Below are positions 21,107 through 32,302 of a stretch of 64,000 bases of DNA, in pieces. The stretch is from NCBI GenBank assembly GCA_963845755.1, contig CAWJTV010000001.1, forward strand, positions 64,001 through 128,000, given 5' to 3'. Within the stretch, counting starts at the first letter, position 1; the number at the start of each line of letters is the position of its first letter. A program made the position numbers and the translations under genes. Under the pieces are notes generated by a model. The model was not told the DNA's origin, did no database searches, and worked only from the letters and a program-made list of their open reading frames with translations. Source of the stretch: an uncultured Planctomycetota bacterium (lineage in GTDB: Bacteria; Planctomycetota; Planctomycetia; Isosphaerales; Isosphaeraceae).

Positions 21107-22102
21107 ATGAAAGCCTTCGAATACGCGGCCCCAGCCACCGTCGCGGACGCCGTCAAGCTACTCGGCGGCTCCAATGCGGTGGCCCTCTCCGGCGGCACCG
21201 ACCTGATCGGCCGGATGAAAGACTACGTGACGTCCCCCGACCGCGTGGTCTACCTCAAGAACATCAAGGACCTCGCGGGGATCTCGGGCGACGCGAAGGC
21301 CAGTGGTCTGACCATCGGCGCCGGGACTCGGCTCTCGGACATCGTCGCCCACGCTGGCATCCGCGAACACTACCCGGCACTCTGGCAGGCGACCGTCGAG
21401 GTCGCCTCCGTCCAGATCCGCAACATGAGCACGGTCGGCGGCAACCTGCTCCAGAGGCCTCGATGCTGGTACTACCGCGCCGGCTTCGGGCTCCTGGGCA
21501 TGAAGGACGGGCAGAGCCTCGTCCGCGCCGGTGACAACCGGTACCACGCGATCTTCATGACCAACGGCAACGCGCTGTTCGTCAGCCCGTCCAGCCTCGC
21601 AGTGGCCCTGACCGCACTCGACGGCCAGGCGAAGATCGTCGGGCCCAGGGGCGAGCGTACCGTCAAGGTGGCCGAAATCTACCAGGTGCCGAAACGCGAG
21701 ACCGACAGCGAGCTGACCATCCAGCCCGGTGAAGTCCTTTCCCAGGTGACCCTCCCGGCTGCCAAGGGAAAGAGCGCCTCTTATGAAGCCCGTCACAAGC
21801 AGGCCCAGGACTGGCCGCTGGTCCTCGCCTCGGTCAACCTGGCCATGGACGGCGACACCGTCTCCGACGCCAGGATCGTCGTCTATGGCGTGGCGCCCAT
21901 CCCCTGGCGCAGCGAAACGGCTGAGAAAGCGATCACCGGCAAACACGTCACGCTCGAGACTGCGGCGGCCGCGGGTGAAGCCGCCATCGTGGGGGCGACA
22001 CCGCTCTCGATGAACGCCTACAAGGTTCCCCTGACCCGGACCGTGGTCAAGCGCGCCTTGCTACGGGCCGTCAACGGGAAGGGATACTGGGAGGAGGCCT
22101 GA
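21107..22102 (+). CDS. xanthine dehydrogenase-family FAD-binding subunit
   Basis: SGGTDL, QIRNMSTVGGNLLQRPRC and GVAPIPWR motifs. Confidence 0.92.
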   Translation: MKAFEYAAPATVADAVKLLGGSNAVALSGGTDLIGRMKDYVTSPDRVVYLKNIKDLAGISGDAKASGLTIGAGTRLSDIVAHAGIREHYPALWQATVEVASVQIRNMSTVGGNLLQRPRCWYYRAGFGLLGMKDGQSLVRAGDNRYHAIFMTNGNALFVSPSSLAVALTALDGQAKIVGPRGERTVKVAEIYQVPKRETDSELTIQPGEVLSQVTLPAAKGKSASYEARHKQAQDWPLVLASVNLAMDGDTVSDARIVVYGVAPIPWRSETAEKAITGKHVTLETAAAAGEAAIVGATPLSMNAYKVPLTRTVVKRALLRAVNGKGYWEEA

Positions 22103-22203
22103 CGGAGTGACTGCGTTGCCAGTGGCCAGTTGCCAGTTGAGGACCGGCTTGGGCCTAGCTGGGAACTGGCAACTGGCACTGACAACTCCATGCCTGGATT
22201 CCA

Positions 22204-22431
22204 ATGGCTGACACCGAACCGGACAATCCCCCGCTCGCCCCGTCGATCGCGTCGCGATGCCGCCACCTCCGCTCGAACGGGATGTATCTCTTCGACGATG
22301 CCGGCAACGACGAGTACAGCTCATCATGCTGCTGGTGTTTCGAGACCATGAAATCCTTCGGGCCCGACGATCGCATGGTCGGGCATCGCGAGTGCCGTGA
22401 CTCGACGCGGTCGTGCTACGAACGACTCTGA
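22204..22431 (+). CDS. small cysteine-rich protein
   Basis: 75 aa with six Cys (CRHLRS...CCWC...GPDD...C...RSCY); co-oriented behind the molybdoenzyme operon; high-GC codon usage. Confidence 0.7.
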   Translation: MADTEPDNPPLAPSIASRCRHLRSNGMYLFDDAGNDEYSSSCCWCFETMKSFGPDDRMVGHRECRDSTRSCYERL

Positions 22432-22926
22432 TCGGAACCCAGACCATGGGTTCTCGACGAGTGGCGAGGCGTCGCGGTCGTACCTGCGGACGGATCGACC
22501 GCGACGCCCACATCCGATCGTTTCCTGAATCCGCCAACGCCTCGGAGCCGTGAACGCGGCGGCGAGGCGTTGTCTTTTCTTCAGGCGCTCGCACCTCCGG
22601 TAGGGACGGCCGCGGCGAGGATCACCGCGTATGCCGCATCCCGAGGCGTGAGGAGCGAGTCGACATCGATACGACCGTCAAGATCGACATGTCCACCCAG
22701 CGTGACTCGATTCCATGAGAACGTAACGGAATACCAAATTTCTTCAAAATCTCTCTTGAAGATTACGAATCTTCTTGGCATTCTGTGAATTGTCGTTCTT
22801 CTTCGCGGAGAGACGGCACTCTCACCCGACGTTCGGGTAGGGGGTGGATTGAAACCGAAACGAGAGACGACAGGCTCATTTCCAAGTCTTGACAACTCGG
22901 TCCACTTTCACGAGGAGAATCGAGCA

Positions 22927-23061
22927 ATGGGTGACGCACGCGACACCGCCAAGAAGAAGAAAGCCGTCGAGAAGAAGTCCGCCAAGCCCGCGAAGGCCGC
23001 CGCGAAGGCCCCGGCTCCGGCCCCTGCCGCCAAGAGCGCGGCGAAAGCCACGAAGAAGTAA
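22927..23061 (+). CDS. 44-aa Lys/Ala-rich basic peptide
   Basis: GAGGAG RBS; MGDARDTAKKKKAVEKKSAKPAKAAAKAPAPAPAAKSAAKATKK with strongly biased AAG/GCC codons. Confidence 0.75.
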   Translation: MGDARDTAKKKKAVEKKSAKPAKAAAKAPAPAPAAKSAAKATKK

Positions 23062-23199
23062 TTGCGATCACAGCCTCGGTGCTACATCTAACGGACCCGG
23101 TCTGGCGGTGCTCGAACGAGAGCCGCGATGCCGGGTCCGGCTCGTTTCCAATCCCGCGTGGGAAGGGAGCACCTGACCAATTGTCGCGCGGCCGAGGTG

Positions 23200-24492
23200 T
23201 CAAGGGTGAGACGGCCAATGATCGTGTGGCCGGGGATCTTCGGAGGTTCGCAGCCTGACCTGGGCCGCCTCGAGGCTCCGCGTCGAGAGCGCCACGGTGA
23301 AGGGATGAGACGGTACCTCGTATTGCTCATCCGAGAGCTGGCACGCCAGGGCGAACGCCGATCGTGCGAGGTCCGTCCGGCCCGAGCCCTGCCAGACCCA
23401 GGCCATCCAGAAGAGCATCCGCCGGTACAATTCGAGGCGGTGGATGAGCAGGTGTTCGAACAGGAAGCGGTAGGCACCGGAATCACGAATGGGATCGGGG
23501 ACCGAGAGACCCTCGCGCAACGTGATCTCCTCGGCCAGGTCGAAGGTCAAAGCGGAGCGGTCGAGCCAGGTGGGGCACGCGTCGAGCACCTTGTGTGCTC
23601 GAGCGGCGAGTTCCTGGTCGGGGATCGCTGCCTCCTCCATGCCGGGGACGTTGCCCGGTAATCCCGAGGGCTGGAAGCTGGTTCCAACGGTCCCATCGAG
23701 CCAGTCGCGGACCGGGCCGGGGACCGTCGACCCGCAGAGCAATAGGCTTCCCCCGAGCAGTCGCACCGCCACCCATGGCGCGTCGCAGACACGATCATTC
23801 CCGGTCTGCTCGACCCATTCGTCGAGCAGTCGGCCTGCCGACGGCGTATCCGCCTCAACTTCGCCCACGACATCCAGGATTCCCTGCCGGACGTCGCACC
23901 AGAATGCGGCGGTCCGGCGCTGGCTGGACTGACAGATGGAGACCACGATGGTGCTACGCCCTTGCCCGTCAACCGGCGTGACCAGAGAACCAACGATCGG
24001 CATGCCCAGGTGATCGAGAAGCGAGTTGTCGCCCTTCGAGGCAACCTCGAGTGTAAGGCTCACTCGTTGAGCCGGAGGGAAAGCGGGGAACTGTCCGGTG
24101 CCACCGGCCTCGCTGGGCCCGACTCCAAGCGGCCGCGCGATGGCGATCGGCTTGCTGTCCCGCTCCGGGAGGGCCATCCGGGCCACCGAGCGCGTACTCG
24201 GATCGCGCGCGGAGCCCAGGAGTCGGAGCAAAGTCCGGACACCGGACCTCGAGCTGTAGCTCGAAAGCTCCGCGATGATCGCCCGACGCAGTGCCGGATC
24301 GAGGGCGGCGAGACTCTCCATCGCCGGCCAGCATTCCGCCGGGTCGGCCTCCAATTGCTCGACGATTTCCTCGAGCCACGCCGTCTGGATGTCGTATCCA
24401 CAATGTCCTGGCCCAGAGGCGGGAGGTCGATCGCAGAAGGAATCCTCACTCCGGGCCGGGGGGTCGTCTTGCTCGCGATCTGACAAATCCAT
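23200..24492 (-). CDS. hypothetical protein (helical, HEAT-like N-terminus)
   Basis: About 430-aa ORF with protein-like composition; no motif recognised. Confidence 0.7.
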   Translation of the reverse strand: MDLSDREQDDPPARSEDSFCDRPPASGPGHCGYDIQTAWLEEIVEQLEADPAECWPAMESLAALDPALRRAIIAELSSYSSRSGVRTLLRLLGSARDPSTRSVARMALPERDSKPIAIARPLGVGPSEAGGTGQFPAFPPAQRVSLTLEVASKGDNSLLDHLGMPIVGSLVTPVDGQGRSTIVVSICQSSQRRTAAFWCDVRQGILDVVGEVEADTPSAGRLLDEWVEQTGNDRVCDAPWVAVRLLGGSLLLCGSTVPGPVRDWLDGTVGTSFQPSGLPGNVPGMEEAAIPDQELAARAHKVLDACPTWLDRSALTFDLAEEITLREGLSVPDPIRDSGAYRFLFEHLLIHRLELYRRMLFWMAWVWQGSGRTDLARSAFALACQLSDEQYEVPSHPFTVALSTRSLEAAQVRLRTSEDPRPHDHWPSHP

Positions 24493-24610
24493 CACGGTTT
24501 TTCCTGACGAGGCCACAGGTCGCAATCGGCAGTAAGCAGTAAAGCCTCGGGATACCGGGGATTGATGGCGGTTCTTTCCACTGCCGACTGCCGACTACGT
24601 AACCAACCCA

Positions 24611-26606
24611 TCAGGGCCGCAGGCGTCCTGGGTTTCGCCAGACGCGCCCGAGCACCCTGACGCCCGAGGTCGGCCGGTTTCCCGTGCCGGGTGTCTGGAC
24701 CGAGTAAGCATGCCCTCCGTTTTCCAGGGAGTACTCATACAAGCGGACCGTGTTCGCATCGGGTCGCGCCTGGTCATCGGGCAGAATATAGAAGCATGGC
24801 TCCGGTTCGGTCCCATCGGCCGGACGGACGGTGCTGCCGACACGTAGCGTCTGTCGTCCCGCGGAATCTCCATGTTCATAGACCGGCAGATACGCGATCC
24901 CTGGCCGGTCCGGCGCGAAAAAGGCCAGTCGTCGGGGCGCGGTCGCGAGCGACGGGGATAGCCGAATCTTCGAGACCAGGCGTGTCACACCGTGTTCGGC
25001 CGGTAACTCGTAGATCGCCACGGGGAGTGCCAGCCGCCGATTCGACAGGTCGAGCCGATACATGACCTGATTGTAATCGTAGCGCGGGGTCGGGTTGTCA
25101 TTGCCGGAGAACGTCGTTGTGTACGTTCCCTCGAAATAGATGATCCGCCCTTTCTCCTTGTCGAACATGGGATGCTGCTTGGGATTGTAGAAGCTGTATT
25201 TGTTGTGGGTCACGACCTTGCGGGCGTAGACCCAAGGGCCGAGCGGGGTATCGGCCTCGGCGTACCAGACTTCGCCGAGGAATGAGGTGCTGCCGAAGGA
25301 CTCCACGGCGATCATCACCCAACGGTCGCGATAGGCATTCCAGTAGACCGAGCCCCCGTGCGCCAGCACCGTTTGGCCGGTCTCCACATCCCGCAGGTTA
25401 AGCAGGGCTTCGCGAGTCTTGATGCGGCCGGAGGAGATCATGGTGTTCTGCATTTCCTGGGGGAGGACCTGCGTGTTCCGCTTCCAGGCGTAGTGGAGCG
25501 AACCTTCCGGGCTTCGGTCGAGCAACCGCTGCGCAGCGCGTTGTGCCGGGCCTGAGACAGGTGAACGCCTCGAATGATTGAGGATCCCCGAGCCGCTCCG
25601 GATCCGCCGGGACTCGGATGAGCGGATACGGGCTGGCGTAGTAGATATACTCGACCCCGTGGTCACGAAACAGGAAGGGATGACCGGTGGGATAGTCCCC
25701 GGTATGAGGGGCCCCGTCGGGGAACTGGACGACCTTCTCGAACCGATGGGACTCCGGGTGGAATTCGACCAGACCCTGCTGGTAGACCTGAAGCCCATTA
25801 CGCACTTTCACGTAGCTCGCAAACATCCGCTCCCGGTTCTCGCGGTCGTTCAGCACGATCAGGCCCGAGATCCAGGTCGGCCCATCGCCAGGTATCGGGG
25901 CGGTCGGTCGAGCAAAGCCCCGATCGTCGAGAGAATAGGTCAGATTGACGCCGACATCCGGGTCCAGACCACCGTGACCGGGCAAGTCCGACGTCGCGCC
26001 CGGCACGTGGAAGTTGCCCAGGGGATAGTCGGGGCGATTGGTGTCGCCCCAGAACCAGTGGATCTTCCCGTCGTAGACGGTGTTGACGACGCTGTCCTGT
26101 CCGAACACCAGGCCATTGAGCAAGGGCTCTTGGATCGGGATGCGATCGCCGGTCAGGACGCTGTCCCGGTAAATCCCGGATCCGGTGACCCGGTAGAGCC
26201 GTTCCGCGATGTTCAGCCGCTGGATCGCGATCCGCGCCGAGCCCCCCTCTGTGATCTCCAGTGCCTGGCCCTGATAGCCGAAATTGTCCTTGGCGGCCTC
26301 GTAGCCGTGACTGGTCACGAAGAAGAAAACCTTGCGGCCGAAGAGACCGGGCTCGTCGAAAGCGGCCACGCCGTTGCTGTCCGTAATGTACCGGATCTGG
26401 TTGACCGTCCTGAGCTCGACCAGGGGAACGCCACGACCGGTCTCCTTGTCCACGACCTGAATCCGGAAGACGCGAGGGCGTGGCGCCGGTTGCGGGTGTT
26501 CCGGTGCCTGCTGAGGAGCGTCGAGCGGAGCGGCCTTCCCGACGCCGGAAAGCGTCACCAGCGCGACAATTCCCAGCAGCACCGGCCAGCGGCAACGAAC
26601 CGGCAT
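24611..26606 (-). CDS. secreted hypothetical protein (Ig-like N-terminus, probable beta-propeller); frameshift near 25540
   Basis: AAGGAGG RBS and signal peptide; VVDKETGRGVPLVEL, WFWGDT, WNAYRDRWVMI and FYNPKQHP segments across two frames. Confidence 0.8.
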
Positions 26607-26661
26607 GACGAGTCCTCCTTTCATTCGGGTCGTTCCTTCCCTGGTCCTCGATAGGCCCTCG

Positions 26662-28704
26662 TCAGCCGTTCCGACGGCTCGCGAAGCTCGACCAGGTGTC
26701 GCCCCATCGCTCATTCGAGTCCGACTCGATCTCGCCACGTTCGAGCAGTGACTCGTCAACCTCGTTGAGGAACCGGCTGGGCGTGGTGAAGACCGTGGGG
26801 CCACGACCGCCGCGGGGGATGCACAAGGGGTAAGTCAAGGTCAGCTCGTTCATGGCGCGGGTGATGGCGACGTAGAAGATCCGCCGCTCTTCCTCTTCGC
26901 CTCCGGGTTCATCCAGGGACCGTCGATGGGGAAAGCTCTCCTCGATCAGACGAAGCACGAACACGTAGGACCACTCCAGGCCCTTGGCCTGGTGAACCGT
27001 ACTGAGCACCACGACCTCGCCCGGCTCGTCGGCCGCCATGGAATCCATGCCGTAGACGTCTCCGGCCAGGATCAAGTCGGCGATTAAACGTTCCAGGCTC
27101 TCGTATTTGGCGGCCAGGAGGGCGAACTGATCGATGTCGGCGAGACGATTATCCGGGCGCTCGTACTTGAGACGGACGGTGTCGGGATACCCCCCTTTGA
27201 GGACCGCGCCGATGGCCGCGGCCGGATGGCGCTCGGGGTCCGTGGCCCGAAGCTGACGGAGGTCGTTCACGAATCCAGCGAAGAATCCCTTACTTTTGGC
27301 AGGCAACATCGCCATCGCCTCGGCCGACTCGAGAGCTTCGGGCGGATCGCCGCTCCGGGAGAGGAACGCGAAGACCGCCGCGGCCTTGGCTGGCCCGACG
27401 CCCGGCAAGAGCAGGAGCAATCGTCGCCAGGAGGCCTCGTCGCGCGGGTTGATCACGATGCGGAGGTAAGCCAGAACATCCTTGATGTGGGCCTGCTCGA
27501 AGAAGCGGAGCCCGCTCCGGATCGTGTAGGGAATCCCGCGCGCCAGCAGCTCCCCCTGGAGCAGGATGCTGTCGTGATGGTTGCGATAAAGCACTGCGAT
27601 CTGGCCCAGGGCCACGCCTTTCTCGCGTTCTTCGAGGATCTGCTGGCAGATCAACGCGGCTTCCTCATACGCGTCCTCAGTGGCGACGACCAGCGGCAGC
27701 GTGCCGTGGGGTCGCGCGGCGACCAGTTCCTTGGGGAAGCCGGTCTGGTTGTGGGCGATCGAGGCCCGGGTGAATGCCACGATCTGAGGCGTGGAGCGGT
27801 AATTGACGTCTAACTGGAAGATCTTCGCGCCGGGGTGCCGATCGGGGAACTTGAGGATGTTGTCGTAGTCGGCGCCGCGGAACCGGTAGATCGACTGGGC
27901 GTCGTCGCCGACGGCCGTGAGATTGCCGGATCCCGCCGCCGCGATCGCCTCGACCAGGTCAATTTGCATGGCATTGGTATCCTGCATCTCGTCGATGAGG
28001 ATGTGCCGGAACATTTTCCCATGAAGTTCGCGCTGCTCGGGGAACTCGCGGATGAGTCGGCCCCACTGAAGGAGCAGATCGTCGTAATCCATGCTGTTGG
28101 ACGCCTGCTTGCGAGCCGTGTAGGCCGCCGCGGCCGCCTCGAGCTGCGACTGCCATTCGATCAGCTCGGGATTGCGCTCGGCGGCGACCGCGGCCAGCGG
28201 CCGGTTCACATTCGCGCTGAAGCTGATCAGGTGCTGCACGGTCGCCGGTTTGGGGGCCAGCTTACCGGTGCCGGTGAATCCGGCATCGTCCATGGCCAGT
28301 CGCATCAGGTCGAGCTGGTCTTCGCTGTCGAGGATGGTGAAATTCGGTTGATAGCCCAGCAGCGGAGCCGTGCGGCGGAGCAGGCGATTGCCGATGTGGT
28401 GAAAGGTCCCGGCCCAGACCTGGCTCCCCTGTTCGCCGATCAACGATTGCAGCCGGCGGACCATCTCCCGCGACGCGCGGCGGGTGAAGGTGACCAGCAT
28501 GATCGAGCCGGCCGGCACGCCCGTGGCGATCAGGTAGGCCACGCGGTAGGTGATGACGCGCGTCTTGCCCGATCCCGGCCCGGCCAGGATCAGGTTGTAG
28601 CCATCGGGCGCGGTCGCGGCGGCGTGCTGAGAGTCGTTCAGGTCGCACCGGAACTGCTCGGACAACCGGGTGCTCAAGCTCGATTTGAGGCGAATCTTCC
28701 GCAT
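26662..28704 (-). CDS. ATP-dependent SF1 helicase, UvrD/PcrA/Rep family
   Basis: AGPGSGKT, DEMQD, VGDDAQSIYRFRGA, NYRS, STVHQAKGLEW and EERRIFYVAITRA motifs. Confidence 0.95.
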   Translation of the reverse strand: MRKIRLKSSLSTRLSEQFRCDLNDSQHAAATAPDGYNLILAGPGSGKTRVITYRVAYLIATGVPAGSIMLVTFTRRASREMVRRLQSLIGEQGSQVWAGTFHHIGNRLLRRTAPLLGYQPNFTILDSEDQLDLMRLAMDDAGFTGTGKLAPKPATVQHLISFSANVNRPLAAVAAERNPELIEWQSQLEAAAAAYTARKQASNSMDYDDLLLQWGRLIREFPEQRELHGKMFRHILIDEMQDTNAMQIDLVEAIAAAGSGNLTAVGDDAQSIYRFRGADYDNILKFPDRHPGAKIFQLDVNYRSTPQIVAFTRASIAHNQTGFPKELVAARPHGTLPLVVATEDAYEEAALICQQILEEREKGVALGQIAVLYRNHHDSILLQGELLARGIPYTIRSGLRFFEQAHIKDVLAYLRIVINPRDEASWRRLLLLLPGVGPAKAAAVFAFLSRSGDPPEALESAEAMAMLPAKSKGFFAGFVNDLRQLRATDPERHPAAAIGAVLKGGYPDTVRLKYERPDNRLADIDQFALLAAKYESLERLIADLILAGDVYGMDSMAADEPGEVVVLSTVHQAKGLEWSYVFVLRLIEESFPHRRSLDEPGGEEEERRIFYVAITRAMNELTLTYPLCIPRGGRGPTVFTTPSRFLNEVDESLLERGEIESDSNERWGDTWSSFASRRNG

Positions 28705-29074
28705 GCCAACGCTCGAGTGCAAAAAGGCGGCTGTCAACGTTACGCCCTTCGGCGAAAAGGGCATTATAACAAGAAGATTCGCAGTTTGCCGACCCGTGTG
28801 GAAGGGACAACCACGACAGGGGCACCGCCGGGGCCTTGTCGGCCGATGAGTCGATCGGCGTTATTGAACTCGTGAGCACCAGCGATGTGTCGTGCTTCAC
28901 TTTGGTGGGCCTCGCCTCGATGACCCGAGACTCATGAACGATGGAGAGGGATGAGACCCGATCGTAAGCGCCTGGGACAGAAGGGATCGCGCGATTCGCG
29001 CGAGGAGCTCCGTCAGCCCCCATTATGATAACGGGCGCGCGGAGAATCCATGCGCGTCGCAGGTCAGTCTCCCT

Positions 29075-29896
29075 TCACGACGCCTGCGACATCACCGGCG
29101 AAGGGGCGTCGGCGTGCCAGTCGAAGGGGATGCGTTCGTCGCGGGTCTGGAGCCGGATGGTGAGCCCGTGGGTGCGGAACGTCTCGCGGAGGGCGAGGAT
29201 AGCATCCTGGGCCGTGAGGACGTCCGGATAGCTGAGCCAGCCGACGAACCGGCCGTCCTCGATGCGCGACCGGGCCGCGAGGACCGCCTTGTGACTTCGG
29301 AGGCGATCGAAGAGGTCGATGAGCGTGCGGAGTGTCTCGGCCGCAGCGGGGAACTCGGCCGTGCGGGCGACCAGCTCTTCGGGAGGCCAGGCGATCACCA
29401 TGCAGACGCTTAATGTCCCGTCGTCCGCCTCAGAGTCTGAAGGCAGGGGCGAGAACGATGGGCCGTCCTTCTCGAACCGCGTCCAGATCAACTCGACTCC
29501 CACAGTCCGGATCCGGCCCGGATCTACGCCCGGAGCCGAACTCGACCGATCGGCGTCATCCGGCTGCCCCGGCGCATCGGCTTCATTCGCATGGTCCGCG
29601 GCTGAGTCATCCGGCTGGTTGGTCCGCGTGCCCGCGGTCCAGGCCCAGCCGTTCGATCGATCCGCGGTTGCGCCGTTGGCCGCGCGACTTGTCCACGGCT
29701 GGGCCACCGGCGCCGCCGTCGTCGTCAAGACTTCATAGGCCCGCGCCACCATTCGGAACGCCCACTCGTCACCCCCCATGTCGGGATGATGCTTCTTCGA
29801 TTTCATCCGGTAGGCTTCGTGGACCTCCTCCATCGAGGCGTCCGGCCCGACTCCCAAGACCGTTCGCGGATCCAGCGAAAAGGCATGAAAACCCAT
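29075..29896 (-). CDS. J-domain (DnaJ-like) protein
   Basis: LDPRTVLGV...KKHHPDMGG...ARAYEVL with an unknown C-terminal domain. Confidence 0.85.
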   Translation of the reverse strand: MGFHAFSLDPRTVLGVGPDASMEEVHEAYRMKSKKHHPDMGGDEWAFRMVARAYEVLTTTAAPVAQPWTSRAANGATADRSNGWAWTAGTRTNQPDDSAADHANEADAPGQPDDADRSSSAPGVDPGRIRTVGVELIWTRFEKDGPSFSPLPSDSEADDGTLSVCMVIAWPPEELVARTAEFPAAAETLRTLIDLFDRLRSHKAVLAARSRIEDGRFVGWLSYPDVLTAQDAILALRETFRTHGLTIRLQTRDERIPFDWHADAPSPVMSQAS

Positions 29897-30141
29897 GAGA
29901 GCACACAAATCCTTTAAAATGGCGTCGAGCTGGCAAGTGGCTAACAAAGAGAAACGCTTTTCTCCTCTTGCCGCCACATTTAGTATTAGAGCAAATCCCT
30001 TGCCAATCGGTTCTACGCCGTTCGGCTCCCGCAACTCCTCTTGCAAATGCCGGGAGCGAGCGCCTATTCTCCAAGAATCGTTAAACATTTTTGCCCTCCG
30101 AGGCAAGAGCTTAGCGATAGCCACCCCAGGACCAAAGACTG

Positions 30142-31579
30142 ATGACGAATAACCAGGACATGAGCCGTCGGCACCTGTTTCGCATCGGCGGCCTTGGCGC
30201 GCTGGGCCTGACGCTGCCGAGGCTGTTGAAGGCCGAGGCCGAGAGGCCCACGGCGCCGGGACGAACCGGCATGGCACCGATCCGCTCGTGTATTCTGGTG
30301 TTCTTCTATGGAGGTCCCAGCCACATCGACACGGTCAACATGAAGCCGAAGGCCCCGGCGGAGGTACGCGGGCAATTTGGCTCGATCGCGACGAGTATGC
30401 CGGGGATGAGGGTCTGCGAGCACTTGCCGCACACGGCACGGGTGATGGACCGGCTGGCGATCGTCCGGAGCATGCATCACCCGATGACCAACCACAATGC
30501 GGCGGCGTTCACGACGCTCTGCGGCCGCAACCCGCTCAAGGGGGACCTTGAGCTGTTGGGCAACGACCGCAACGACCCGCCGTGCTACGGTGCGGTCTTG
30601 AGCCGCGACTCTGCCGGAGCGTCGAGGGCTGCCGACGTCGGTGGCATTGCCGCACGTCATGTACAACGTCGTGCAACTCCCCGGCCAGGTCGCGGGTTTC
30701 CTCGGCTCGGCGCACGACCCGTTTCAGGTCAGCGCCGATCCCAGCACGCCCGACTTCCGGCTGGGCGAGTTGGAGCTGCCCGGTGACATCTCGATCGATC
30801 GGCTCGATGACCGGGCCGCCTTGTTACGCCGGCTGGACGACCGTCGCCGGCTCATCGAGGCGCGGGTCGAGGCCGAGTCCAGAGCAGGGGGGGGCAATGC
30901 CGCCTGGACTGACGGCAAGAGCGATTCCAGCATCGCACGGCGGATCGATCCGTGCGACGTCTACACGGAGAAAGCCTTCCGCCTGCTGCACTCGCCGGCT
31001 GTGCGGCAGGCGTTCGACCTGGCCGCGGAAGACCCGAGGCTCCGCGACCGTTACGGCCGCACCAAGCTCGGCCAGAGCGCTCTGCTCGCCCGTCGGGTCG
31101 TCGAGGCCGGCGTCCGGTTCGTCACGGTCTACAACGGTCAGTATAACGGTCAGGATGCCAACTGGGACGCGCATCAGAGCGTCTTCCCCCGACTCAAGGA
31201 CTACCTGCTCCCTCCGGCGGACCAGGCCTTCGCCGCGCTGATCGACGACCTGGACAGCCGCGGCCTGCTGGAGGAGACCCTGGTCATCGGCATGGGCGAG
31301 TTCGGCCGCACGCCCAAGATCAACGGCACCGCCGGGCGCGATCACTGGCCTTTCTGCTACAGCGTCATGCTGGCCGGCGGAGGAATCCGGGGTGGGATGA
31401 CGTATGGATCGAGCGACAAGCTGGGCGCCTATCCCGACACCGACGCCGTCACCCCGGGCGACCTCGCCGCCACGCTGTTCTGGCGATTGGGCCTCGACCC
31501 CACGAGAGAGATGATCGACCTGACCGGCCGGCCCTACAAGCTCGCGGACGGCCAGCCGATCCGGGCGATCTTCGGGTGA
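30142..31579 (+). CDS. DUF1501 domain protein; frameshift near 30605
   Basis: Tat-like SRRHLF; GGPSHIDT, WDAH, GEFGRTPKIN and GRDHW motifs. Confidence 0.92.
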
Positions 31580-31651
31580 TGGCCAGGGCTCGCCTCCGCC
31601 CAGGCCATTCTTGATAATTTGCGAATCGACCCGAGCAGCTAAGGTGGAAAG

Positions 31652-32062
31652 ATGGCCATCCAAACCCTGACGGTTCAGCTTCCCGATTGGCTCTATACAC
31701 AACTTCGACCAGCGCACCCAACAAGCCAATCGCACAGTGGAAGCCGAGCGAGTCGATCTGTTGGCGGCGGCCATGTCGGAAGACCGGGAACTCCCTGACG
31801 AGCTCAACCTGAACCTCGCGGGCTTGGAGCATCTCGACGACCAAACCTTGTGGCAAGCCGGCGGAGCCGTCTGGCGGCGCGGGTGGCTCGGCACACCGAG
31901 AAACTGCATCGCAAGCAGCAGCGTGAAGGGCTCACCGAGGCAGAAACCCGGGATCTTGCTGAAGTGATGCGGCAATATGAACGGGCCATGCTCATCCGCT
32001 CCCAGGCCGCTGTCTCGTTGAAACAGCGTGGCCATGATGTCTCGGAATTGGTCGGTGCCTGA
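31652..32062 (+). CDS. antitoxin-like protein (RHH-like N-terminus); two frameshifts
   Basis: Reconstructed MAIQTLTVQLPDWLYTQLR...LDDQTLWQAA...EGLTEAETRDLAE...RSQAAVSLKQRG; stop overlaps the HNH start (TGATG). Confidence 0.65.
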
Positions 32063-32302
32063 TGAGCGGCTCGTACATCTCCAAGACCCTGCGAGCCCAG
32101 GTCAGTGCTCAAGCACGCTATCGTTGCGGTTATTGCCTGAGCCAGGAGGCTCTCGTGGGCACGCCCATGGAGCTTGATCACCTCATCCCGGAAGCTCGCG
32201 GCGCCCAAACTGTGGAAGATTGCCCTCAACCTGAACCGCCTCAGTCTGGTGCGGGCACGGCAGGCTTGGGTCGTGGTCGGATGGCATCCCCCAGCGGATT
32301 GA
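32062..32302 (+). pseudogene. HNH endonuclease with internal deletion
   Basis: RCGYC...ELDHLIPEARG then jumps out of frame to the C-terminal ALNLNR...RQAWVVVGWHPP*; the second CxxC/Asn segment is missing. Confidence 0.75.

Noticed and set aside
22581..22781. Small minus-strand ORF MPRRFVIFKRDFEEIWYSV...
   Set aside because: No clear RBS and atypical codon usage; cannot be supported without a homology search
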